A stretch of 63,372 nt of DNA, counting the filler, from a bacterium (lineage in GTDB: Bacteria; JAJRZV01), in the NCBI GenBank assembly GCA_024275095.1. It is 8 parts of 7 records of this genome, joined end to end, with 100 filler letters (N's around TTAATTAATTAA, not from the genome) between each part and the next. Parts side by side here need not be neighbours in the genome. Positions count along the whole stretch, not along the records: positions 43,541 to 50,230 come from JAJRZV010000044.1; positions 50,331 to 53,340 come from JAJRZV010000049.1; positions 53,441 to 55,042 come from JAJRZV010000050.1; positions 55,143 to 63,372 come from JAJRZV010000050.1; 4 more parts are not named here. One strand, given 5' to 3'. Both the position numbers and the translations under genes were made by a program. How positions within the stretch are numbered: the first letter of the stretch is position 1; every line of letters begins with the position of its first letter. The notes below the pieces were generated by a model, which searched no databases, had not been told where the DNA came from, and saw only the letters and a list, made by a program, of their open reading frames with translations. Shown in pieces: positions 49,298 to 57,241 of this stretch.

Positions 49298-49327
49298 ATT
49301 TTAGCGAGCAGTGACAATTATTGTCAA
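49298..49327 (-). promoter_or_regulatory. sigma70 promoter of the glutamate synthase operon with an overlapping palindromic operator
   Basis: TTGACA (49327-49322), 18-nt spacer, TAAAAT (49303-49298); TGACAA-tta-TTGTCA palindrome at 49312-49326; GGAGGTGA SD before TTG 49268. Confidence 0.65.
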
Positions 49328-49347
49328 ATCCATTCCACATCGCTATT

Positions 49348-50230
49348 TCACACTCCATTTGTAAACCTGTTGGTAATGGGAAATCTCCGGTCCTTACCAA
49401 AGGCTCGTGGTGTGATTTTTACACCAGGAGGAGCCTGGCGCCGTTTATATTCATTCTTATCCACCATTTTTATAATCTTACGCACGATTTTCATGTCAAA
49501 CCCCGTGGCTGCAATATCTTCCACTGTTCGATCCTCTTCAACATAAGCTCTAAGTATAGGGTCAAGAATTCTGTAAGGTGGGAGCTCATCCTCATCCTTC
49601 TGGCCAGGTCGCAATTCAGCGGTGGGTGGTCTTTCAATGACGCTGCGGGGGATCACTTCCCTGCCCCACCGGCGGTTAATAAAATCTGCCAGTTCATACA
49701 CAAGGGTTTTAGGAACATCCTTAATTACAGCAAAGCCTCCAACCATATCACCGTAAAGTGTGCAATATCCAACTGCCAGTTCACTTTTGTTACCTGTAGA
49801 AAGCACCAGATAGCCAAATTTATTGGAAATAGCCATGAGAATAGACCCCCTGATACGGGCCTGAAGATTTTCCTCGGTAATATCCATGGGGCGGTCGCCA
49901 AAAACAGGATGGAGAGCCTCCAAAAACGCTTTGAAGACAGGTTCAATGGGCACCACGTGGAATTCAATGCCCAGATTCTCTGCAAGGCATCTCGCATCAT
50001 CCTGAGTTTCAGAAGATGAATACCGCGACGGCATCGATACACCAACAACATTTCCAGGGCCCACAGCATCCACTGCGATACATGCTGTCACGGATGAATC
50101 AATGCCCCCGCTGAGGCCAATCACTGCTTTTTTAAACCGATTTTTGCGCAAATAATCACGTGTACCCAGCACCAGGGCCCGGTACACCTCCTCAACACGC
50201 TCCATTTCCTCCGGCGGACGAGGTTCTACA
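49348..50230 (-). CDS. nadE: NAD+ synthetase (likely glutamine-dependent; N-terminal part cut)
   Basis: [47 protein letters not shown]; frame open to the contig end. Confidence 0.95.
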
Positions 50231-50330
50231 NNNNNNNNNNNNNNNNNNNNNNNNNNNNNNNNNNNNNNNNNNNNTTAATTAATTAANNNNNNNNNNNNNN
50301 NNNNNNNNNNNNNNNNNNNNNNNNNNNNNN
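50231..50330. other. Artificial contig linker
   Basis: N-run + TTAATTAATTAA + N-run. Confidence 0.98.
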
Positions 50331-50337
50331 AAGAACC

Positions 50338-51153
50338 ATGGAAAAGAGAATGAGGGAGCCTTCGGTTGCCGGATACTTTTATCCCGGTAGTAAAACCGAG
50401 CTGGAAAAAACCGTAAGGTCATATCTCGCTCGCGCGGGCAGTACCTATCAGGATGTTAAAGGAATTTTATCTCCCCATGCAGGATACATGTATTCAGGTC
50501 CTGTGGCAGGTAAGGTTATTGGTTCAGTCCACATTCCCGAGTTTGTCATCATCCTGGGCCCCAATCATACAGGACTCGGAGCATCAGTCGCCGTCTATCC
50601 ACCGGGGATATGGCAGATGCCGGGTTTCGAAGTTCCAGTGGACGAAAACCTTTCTGCGCTCATCATGGACGGGTGGGAAAATGCCCGATGGGATGAACTC
50701 GCTCATCTCAAAGAACATTCACTGGAGGTCCAGGTACCGTTCCTGTACTACCGCAACCCGCGTGTAAAAATTGCTGCAGTGTGTCTTGGTTTTCACGATT
50801 TAAACGAAGCACGTGAGGGAGGACTTGCCCTTGCACGTGCAATTACCAGTTTCAACAAACCGTGTTTGATAGTTGCATCGAGCGACATGACCCATTATGA
50901 ACCGGACGGTGTGGCCAGGAAAAAAGACAACATTGCCATCGAATGCATGACAGCGCTTGATGAAAAGGGACTCTACGAAAAAGTCAACGCGTACGACATC
51001 AGCATGTGCGGCGTCATGCCCGCTATTGTGACCCTGGTGGCTGCAAAAGAACTCGGCGCTCGGGAAGGCCTGCTGGTCGAGTACATGACTTCCGGAGACA
51101 CCGGCGGCGGTCGAGCGCAGGTCGTTGGGTATGCAGGAATGGTGTTCCGGTGA
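50338..51153 (+). CDS. amrB: MEMO1-family protein (AmmeMemoRadiSam system protein B)
   Basis: R.P.VAG.FYP, PHAGY.YSG, GPNH, EHSLEVQ.PF, ASSD.THY, SMCG, VVGYAG. Confidence 0.92.
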   Translation: MEKRMREPSVAGYFYPGSKTELEKTVRSYLARAGSTYQDVKGILSPHAGYMYSGPVAGKVIGSVHIPEFVIILGPNHTGLGASVAVYPPGIWQMPGFEVPVDENLSALIMDGWENARWDELAHLKEHSLEVQVPFLYYRNPRVKIAAVCLGFHDLNEAREGGLALARAITSFNKPCLIVASSDMTHYEPDGVARKKDNIAIECMTALDEKGLYEKVNAYDISMCGVMPAIVTLVAAKELGAREGLLVEYMTSGDTGGGRAQVVGYAGMVFR

Positions 51154-51362
51154 AACGTACAGGTAAGGCTTCTGTCAAATACCGTAACCGCCGGTTAGAA
51201 GTGGACGCCCCTGTAAGGGTAAAAGATATTCTGCGCATACTCGACCTTTTGCCTGAGTATGTGGTGGTGTCCATCAACGGACAGATGGTGACTGAAAAAG
51301 ACATTGTCCAACCAGGTGATGAAGTCATTGTGGTTTCGGCCATCTCCGGAGGAGCTGAGTGA
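51150..51362 (+). CDS. ThiS/MoaD/TtuB-like ubiquitin-fold sulfur carrier
   Basis: GTG 51150 gives MKRTGK...VVVSINGQMV....V..GDEV.VVSAISGGAE*; overlaps both amrB and ttuA. Confidence 0.85.
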   Translation: MKRTGKASVKYRNRRLEVDAPVRVKDILRILDLLPEYVVVSINGQMVTEKDIVQPGDEVIVVSAISGGAE

Positions 51363-52381
51363 AGTGTCGGCGCTGCGGTGCACGCGCGGTGGCTCACCTG
51401 CGCCACCATAACCTCGCCCTTTGCGAGGAGTGCTACAGTCCATGGCTCCAGAGACGGGTTCGGGAAACAATTAAAAGATTCCACCTTTTCGACAGGAAAG
51501 CAAAAATTCTGGTAGCGGTTTCAGGAGGCAAGGATTCGCTTGCACTCTGGATGATTCTCACAAAACTCGGATATGAAGCAGACGGGCTTTATATTGATCT
51601 CGGGATTGATACAGAGAAATACAGCCAGCGTTCGCTTCAATACTCCAGGGCCATGGCCGAACGCCTGGAACGCACGCTCCATGTAATTACACTGCAAGAA
51701 ACTATCGGTAAAACCATTCCTGAGCTCCCTGCCGCCCGCGGGACGTGTTCTGTGTGTGGTCTGGTAAAACGACATTACATGAACACGTGGGCGATAGAAC
51801 ACGGGTATGATGTGACTGTAACAGGACACAATCTCGATGATGAAGCTGCAACTCTTTTGAGTAACGTTCTCAACTGGCAGCTGGGATACCTGGAAAGGCA
51901 AGCCCCCTGCCTCGATGAAAGAGAAGGATTTATCAGGAAGGCTAAGCCACTGGTTCTGTGCACGGAGAAAGAAATGCTCATTTACTGCATGTTAAACAAC
52001 ATAGAATACATCCAGGACGAATGCCCTTACTCAGTGAATGCAACTTCCATTTTTTACAAGGAGATTCTCAATCGTATAGAGCACGAAATCCCGGGAGCGA
52101 AACTGCGCTTTTACAGTGAATTCATCAAGGTAAAACACGGAATATTTAAAGGCTTCAGGAAGGAAAGGCTTACACCCTGTAAAATCTGCAAAACCCCTAC
52201 CACGGGGGAAATTTGTGCCTTCTGCAAAATCTGTATTGCCCCGCCCAAACCACAACATTCGATAAGGGAGACCTCAAGGGCCAGTTCAGGGCCCGTCAGG
52301 GCTAAAATAGAAAAATCTGGCAGGAATTCGATCAGCTCAAAAAACATGGAAATAAAGACAGGTTCAAAGAAGGAAGTGTAA
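51359..52381 (+). CDS. ttuA: tRNA 2-thiolation protein TtuA/Ncs6-type, with a foreign C-terminal extension
   Basis: N-terminal CxxC..LC..C, SGGKDS PP-loop, CSVCG..KR, TGHNLDDE, ECPY, C-terminal CKIC..CAFC. Confidence 0.88.
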   Translation: MKCRRCGARAVAHLRHHNLALCEECYSPWLQRRVRETIKRFHLFDRKAKILVAVSGGKDSLALWMILTKLGYEADGLYIDLGIDTEKYSQRSLQYSRAMAERLERTLHVITLQETIGKTIPELPAARGTCSVCGLVKRHYMNTWAIEHGYDVTVTGHNLDDEAATLLSNVLNWQLGYLERQAPCLDEREGFIRKAKPLVLCTEKEMLIYCMLNNIEYIQDECPYSVNATSIFYKEILNRIEHEIPGAKLRFYSEFIKVKHGIFKGFRKERLTPCKICKTPTTGEICAFCKICIAPPKPQHSIRETSRASSGPVRAKIEKSGRNSISSKNMEIKTGSKKEV

Positions 52382-52624
52382 GGGAGAGAGGAGAGAGCAT
52401 AAGTCCATCGGAGCAAAAACACTGGCAGTGCTTGCAGTACTTGAGGGAGGCTGTCAGTAAAAGGAGCGAAGATAAGATCTTCAGACAACGTAGATATTAT
52501 AACCGGCAAAGACCCGACTCAAGGCATCAGGACTCAGAACCCTGGCAAAAGTTTATTCTCAAATAAATCTTTTCACGAGATCAGGAAATTGAGCTTTGAC
52601 TCAGGTGTTACGGGATATAAAACA
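52232..52624 (+). mobile_element. Internally deleted IS481-like remnant
   Basis: Starts TGTATTGCCCCGCCCAAACCACAACA and ends ...GGGATATAAAACA (TGT...ACA termini). Frame-broken integrase-core tail YYNRQRP..QGIRT near 52495-52540. No clear target duplication. Confidence 0.5.
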
Positions 52625-52783
52625 TCCATCCAGGAGATGCACGCATGAGAAGAAGCTGTCTCGTATTGTATTCCTCTCTAAATTCACCTCAAACTCGTGA
52701 ACCTCCCGCCACCGCCTCTTGCCCATGCTCGTCCTCCCGTATGCCAGATACAGGTTACTGAAACTCGCTATTTTCTCAAACAT
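52625..52783 (-). pseudogene. Reverse transcriptase N-terminal fragment (DGR-like)
   Basis: FEKIASFSNLYLAY...GKR....V..FE.NLE.N matches the RT0 region of DGR/group II-like RTs; it then jumps to IRDSFFSC, similar to FIxDSYxC. Confidence 0.65.
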
Positions 52784-52811
52784 TTAAATTACCACGTCCA
52801 TTTCTTGAATC

Positions 52812-53340
52812 TTGAGAGCTCTACGATCCTTCTCTTCTTACAAACAGTTCATTAAATTTGCAGGTCTCAACCTGGTCTACTCCCAGTCTGGTAATTATTC
52901 AACTCCTCCGCACATTTCCAAACGTGGTCATCCTGAACCGAGAGAAGCATTGTATTTTTCTGCTACGAGAGTGATTAAATTCAGCCCTCATTTTAAAAAT
53001 TTCTACACCAGAGCATGTATACGCTACAGGTCTAAAAAATCAGCTCTTGTGGTTACATCTAAAAAAACTTGCCAGGGTAATATTTGCGCTTGTTAAGCAT
53101 CGTTCATTCTTTGACGAATCTCGTCTTGAAGGAGTTTAAAATGTACTTTACGGGGCGAGGTGACCACCCGGGTCGGGTTCGAGGAGCCTTTAAAAAGGTT
53201 ACCTCCCTCTTGAGAGTTGTGGCATCTCGCCCCTCATTTAACCCCTCTGAGCTCCCATGCTGCACCTTCGGGCTTCAAAGCCCCCAATTACCAGATTTGA
53301 GCCAGAGGGATTTTTTCCACTTGCCCCAACTAACATCCAT
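52812..53340 (+). mobile_element. IS110-family element, 3' remnant (recombinase C-terminal domain plus long non-coding right end)
   Basis: FSSYKQ..KFAGL.....QSG......ISKRG.P..R.ALY..A motif with the catalytic SG. After a frameshift in the A-run near 53061 it continues KKLARVIFALVKHRSFFDESRLEGV* to 53139. About 200 nt of non-coding DNA follow. Confidence 0.85.
53152..53316 (+). ncRNA. Putative IS110 bridge/seek RNA
   Basis: Two consecutive stem / symmetric internal loop / hairpin modules (53152-53233 and 53243-53309), then a U-tract, directly downstream of the IS110 recombinase stop. Confidence 0.65.
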
Positions 53341-53440
53341 NNNNNNNNNNNNNNNNNNNNNNNNNNNNNNNNNNNNNNNNNNNNTTAATTAATTAANNNN
53401 NNNNNNNNNNNNNNNNNNNNNNNNNNNNNNNNNNNNNNNN
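53341..53440. other. Artificial contig linker
   Basis: N-run + TTAATTAATTAA + N-run. Confidence 0.98.
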
Positions 53441-53581
53441 GAGATGGTGATGCCTGGTGATAATGTGAACATGGAGGTTGAGTTGATGTATCCTGTGGCG
53501 ATGGAGAGGGGAATGCGGTTTGCGATACGTGAGGGGGGGCGTACGGTTGGAGCTGGAGTAGTAACGGAGGTGCTGGAGTAA
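53441..53581 (+). CDS. tuf: Elongation factor Tu, C-terminal fragment
   Basis: Not in the ORF track: [41 protein letters not shown]. Confidence 0.97.
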   Translation, partial: EMVMPGDNVNMEVELMYPVAMERGMRFAIREGGRTVGAGVVTEVLE

Positions 53582-53587
53582 AAGACA

Positions 53588-53911
53588 ATGACTGAAAACA
53601 GAGAAGATCAGAAAATCAGGATAAAGCTCAAGTCGTTCGATCACCGGCTCATTGACAAGTCGGTGAGAGAAATAGTTGATACGGTTCGGAGAACAGGAGC
53701 GAGGATAGTGGGTCCTGTCCCATTGCCCACCAAGATTTCACGGTGGACGGTTCTCAGGTCTCCTCACACTGATAAAAAATCTCGTGAGCAGTTTGAGATG
53801 CGCGTTCACAAGAGGCTGATTGAAATCCGTGACTGGTCTCAGGCGACCATTGACGCTCTGATGAGACTCGACCTGCCTGCCGGTGTCGAAGTTGATATTA
53901 AGGTATTGTGA
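53588..53911 (+). CDS. rpsJ: 30S ribosomal protein S10
   Basis: [34 protein letters not shown]. Confidence 0.98.
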   Translation: MTENREDQKIRIKLKSFDHRLIDKSVREIVDTVRRTGARIVGPVPLPTKISRWTVLRSPHTDKKSREQFEMRVHKRLIEIRDWSQATIDALMRLDLPAGVEVDIKVL

Positions 53912-53920
53912 GGTGTGTGA

Positions 53921-54562
53921 GTGAAGGTTAAAGGGCTTCTGGGTCTCAAACTGGGTACAACGCGGATATTTAACGATGAAGGTTTAAGTATTCCTGTTAC
54001 AGTGGTGCAGGCTGGTCCCTGCACTGTTATTGCGATCCGGACCAAGGACAAAGATGGATATGACGCGGTGCTTCTTGGATTTCAGGAAGTAAAACTGAAC
54101 AAGCTGACAAAACCAATGCGGGGTGTTTTTGAAAAACTTAATCTGGAAACCGGGTTCCGGTATCTCAAAGAGATGCCTGTTGAGCCGGGAGATTAAAATG
54201 AGTTGAAGCCCGGAATGGTGCTCAGCGCAGGTGACGTGTTTACTCCTGCTATGAGAGTGGACGTAAGAGGGAAATCCAAAGGGAGAGGGTTTCAGGGAGT
54301 TGTAAAACGTTGGGGTTTCGCAGGTGGACCTGATAGCCATGGTTCGAGTCTTTTTCACAGAAGACCGGGTTCCATCGGAACATCAACTTTTCCAGGTCGC
54401 GTTCTGAAAGGGAAAAAGATGGCAGGTCATATGGGTGATAAATGGGTTACGATCGTGAACCTTCAGGTTGTGGATGTCACCGATGACAACCTGGTCCTTA
54501 TCAAGGGAGCTGTGCCCGGTCACAAAGGAGGCCTTTTGCTCATAAGGGAGAGCAAACGATGA
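53921..54562 (+). CDS. rplC: 50S ribosomal protein L3, interrupted by one in-frame TAA (54194-54196)
   Basis: N-half G.KLG.T..F...G..IPVTV..GY.AV and C-half [29 protein letters not shown] are in the same frame. Confidence 0.93.
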
Positions 54563-55042
54563 AGTACCCGGTAATCAGTCTTGTTGGCAAGGATGTTTCA
54601 GAGGTGGAGTTGCCTGATGAAATTTTTGATGCTCCTGTAAGAAAGGATATTTTGTGGTTCGTGGTTCGTTGGCAACAGGCCAGGAAGAGGAGAGGTACTC
54701 ACTGTACTAAGACACGGTCAGAGGTTAGGGGCGGCGGACGTAAACCATGGAGACAAAAGCATACAGGTCGCGCTCGACAGGGAAGCATCAGGGCTGCTCA
54801 ATGGCGCGGTGGTTATACTGTGCATGGTCCCAGGCCTCGTTCATACGAATTCAAAGTAAACAAAAAGGTTCGTAAATTCGCTGTAAGAAGTGCGCTTTCG
54901 TATAAAGCAAAACATCAAATGTTGAAGCTGGTGGATGGTTTCCCCTCTCTTGATAAACCCAGCACAAAAAAAGGAAAAGAGATATTGAAGACTCTCGGAC
55001 TTGAAGAAGAAAAGGCACTCATTGTGCTTTCGAATGGAGAGC
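54559..55042 (+). CDS. rplD: 50S ribosomal protein L4, 3'-truncated
   Basis: [35 protein letters not shown]. Confidence 0.97.
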
Positions 55043-55142
55043 NNNNNNNNNNNNNNNNNNNNNNNNNNNNNNNNNNNNNNNNNNNNTTAATTAATTAANN
55101 NNNNNNNNNNNNNNNNNNNNNNNNNNNNNNNNNNNNNNNNNN
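55043..55142. other. Artificial contig linker
   Basis: N-run + TTAATTAATTAA + N-run. Confidence 0.98.
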
Positions 55143-55697
55143 GGTGTTGGAAACTGGGAAGGAACTGTAGAGGTGGGGTTCGCTTCGGGTGATGCCAATC
55201 CAGGAGGAGGGAAACTGACAGCGTTTACCTTCAACCCTGATTACAATGTCGGCATTCTTATGTTCGAAGAAACGCTGGCCTACCTCACAGCTCATACTGC
55301 GGAGAGGGTCCTGGCAAATACTGCTTCAAGTCCAGAGATCAAATTGTTTAACACCAGGGGTGGTGTAACTAACGCGATTTACGTAAATCCACGGGTTGTG
55401 TGGAATGCACTTTCCGGAAGATTGTGCATAAAAGGAGGCCTGCTGTACGCCTACGCACCGGTGGAAATGGTGGATCCTTACACGAGCCTTATCCTCAGCG
55501 GTGGTTCGGCAACAACATTTGATGGCTCTCCGGCAGGTCGAAACTACGGGTATGAGGTGGACCTTGCCGTCCGCTGGAATATTGCAAAGGGTTGGTGGGT
55601 GGAAGGTGAAGGAGGCCTGTTCTTTCCCGGAGACCTTTTCGGTGAGAACCCGGAGGCAGTTTCCGGTGTAAATTTTTACGCAGTTCTCGAGTTTTGA
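55143..55697 (+). CDS. Outer-membrane beta-barrel protein, C-terminal fragment
   Basis: Frame open from the contig start; E.GFASGD, F.FNPDYNV..L.FE, YG.EVD, G.FFPG; ends in Phe. Confidence 0.75.
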   Translation, partial: GVGNWEGTVEVGFASGDANPGGGKLTAFTFNPDYNVGILMFEETLAYLTAHTAERVLANTASSPEIKLFNTRGGVTNAIYVNPRVVWNALSGRLCIKGGLLYAYAPVEMVDPYTSLILSGGSATTFDGSPAGRNYGYEVDLAVRWNIAKGWWVEGEGGLFFPGDLFGENPEAVSGVNFYAVLEF

Positions 55698-56710
55698 TGA
55701 GGACGCTTTTTTATTACCACCCGGATTTCCTGGAACACAATCCTGGACGTGGCCATCCTGAAAGGCCCGAGCGTTTGCGTGCAATTATTGATGGTCTAAA
55801 GGACAGCTCGCTGGATCAGCAGGTTGAGTGGGTGGAGCCCCAGACAGTGGATCCGTCATATTTAAAAGGTATTCATAGTGATGAATATGTAGAGCGCATT
55901 CTCGCCCTTGACGGTTGCAGTACAGCTCTTGACCCTGATACTGTCGTTTCTCCTGGAAGTGTCCGCGCGGCTCTCAGGGCTGCTGGTGCTGCCGTTGAAG
56001 CGGCGAAGGCTGTGCTGAGCTCCTCCCGGACTGTAGCATTTTGTGCGGTGAGGCCTCCAGGGCACCATGCCGAACGAAATCGGGCCATGGGATTCTGCCT
56101 GTTCAATAATGTGGCGATTGCTGCGGATCGCGTGATTACAGAGGGACTTGCCAGGCGTGTGGTTATTTTTGATCCTGATCTTCACCACGGTAACGGTACT
56201 CAAAATGCCTTTTACAGGCGCAATGATGTTTTTTATATTTCCATTCACAGGTATCCTTACTACCCTGGTACTGGAGCTATTTCTGAAACAGGAGAAGGGG
56301 AAGGGCAGGGTTTCACTGCCAACGTACCTTTGCCCGGAGGGATGGGTGACGATGATTATATGTTTGTTGTCATGGAGCTTGTATTACCTGTGATGGAGAG
56401 TTTCAGGCCCGAACTTTTACTTGTCTCGGCAGGCTTTGACGCGCACGTATCGGATCCGCTTGGTGATATGAGTGTAACCGAAAGCGGATTTGTCGGCATG
56501 TATTCTCGTATCATGACGAAAGCGCTGGAGAAAAACATAAAGTGTGCCTTTATTTTAGAAGGCGGCTACGACCTTTACGCCCTGCGAAGCAGCGTCTCGT
56601 CGATACTCGAGACTCTTATCGAAGAAAAGTTTGAACACTCACACGAAATACGCCCCTGCCAGGAGGTTCAGGAAATTGTAGATTTTGTGATTGAACGTCT
56701 CCGCATTTGA
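55697..56710 (+). CDS. Histone deacetylase-family (class II-like) deacylase
   Basis: HPERPERL, RPPGHHA, GFCLFNN, D.D.HHGNGTQ, YPGTG, SAGFD...DPL, LEGGY. Confidence 0.95.
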   Translation: MRTLFYYHPDFLEHNPGRGHPERPERLRAIIDGLKDSSLDQQVEWVEPQTVDPSYLKGIHSDEYVERILALDGCSTALDPDTVVSPGSVRAALRAAGAAVEAAKAVLSSSRTVAFCAVRPPGHHAERNRAMGFCLFNNVAIAADRVITEGLARRVVIFDPDLHHGNGTQNAFYRRNDVFYISIHRYPYYPGTGAISETGEGEGQGFTANVPLPGGMGDDDYMFVVMELVLPVMESFRPELLLVSAGFDAHVSDPLGDMSVTESGFVGMYSRIMTKALEKNIKCAFILEGGYDLYALRSSVSSILETLIEEKFEHSHEIRPCQEVQEIVDFVIERLRI

Positions 56711-56724
56711 ACCCAGGAGAAGCT

Positions 56725-57141
56725 ATGGGTCGCTGGGAGGAAATACCGGTAACAGCCGATGTTGCTGTGGAAGTGGAAGGGGAAAACCTGAAGGATCTTC
56801 TTCTTACCGCTGCAGAAGCAATGATATCCCTGATGTTTGGTCACCCTGCCGTGGCTGAAGACAGGTCAGAAGTATTTGATACATCAGGTGAAGATATGGA
56901 GGCCCTGCTCGTAAATTTTCTCTCTGATCTTCTTTACGTTGTGGAGACGAAATCACTGGTGCCGGCAAAAATAGAACTGGTAAACACGGGGCGGTTCTCT
57001 TTTCGTGCGAAAGTTACAGGTGAAAGATTCGATCCTGAAAAACACACTCTGGAATGTGAAATCAAGGCTCCTACATATCATAATTTATTTGTTAAAAAAG
57101 AAAACGGTCGGCTCAGGTGCCGCATACTTTTTGATGTGTGA
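56725..57141 (+). CDS. Archease
   Basis: TADV, LL..FL..LL, GE.FD...H....EIKA.TYH, C-terminal FDV. Confidence 0.9.
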   Translation: MGRWEEIPVTADVAVEVEGENLKDLLLTAAEAMISLMFGHPAVAEDRSEVFDTSGEDMEALLVNFLSDLLYVVETKSLVPAKIELVNTGRFSFRAKVTGERFDPEKHTLECEIKAPTYHNLFVKKENGRLRCRILFDV

Positions 57142-57241
57142 GCTCTCTTGATAACCCTGCTGGTAGATGATAAAAAGCCTTTGTTAGCTTTTGGGAGAGA
57201 AGGGTGAGCAAATTTTACAGAGATCTTTAAAGGAGTGAGTC

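Noticed and set aside
51006-51149. N-terminal 48 aa of the 118-aa ORF in the track
   Set aside because: It overlaps amrB in another frame; the ubiquitin-fold protein starts at GTG 51150.
52111-52509. 132-aa hydrophobic minus-strand ORF
   Set aside because: It is antisense to ttuA and the IS481-like remnant, with no recognisable family.
54194-54196. Stop-codon reassignment as the explanation for the rplC TAA
   Set aside because: TAA, TGA and TAG end many intact conserved genes here at the expected positions.
10258-55142. Recurring TTAATTAATTAA flanked by N-runs, seven times
   Set aside because: Artificial contig-joining linker, not a biological repeat. ORFs ending in X-runs or 'LIN', and synteny across the linkers, are artefacts.
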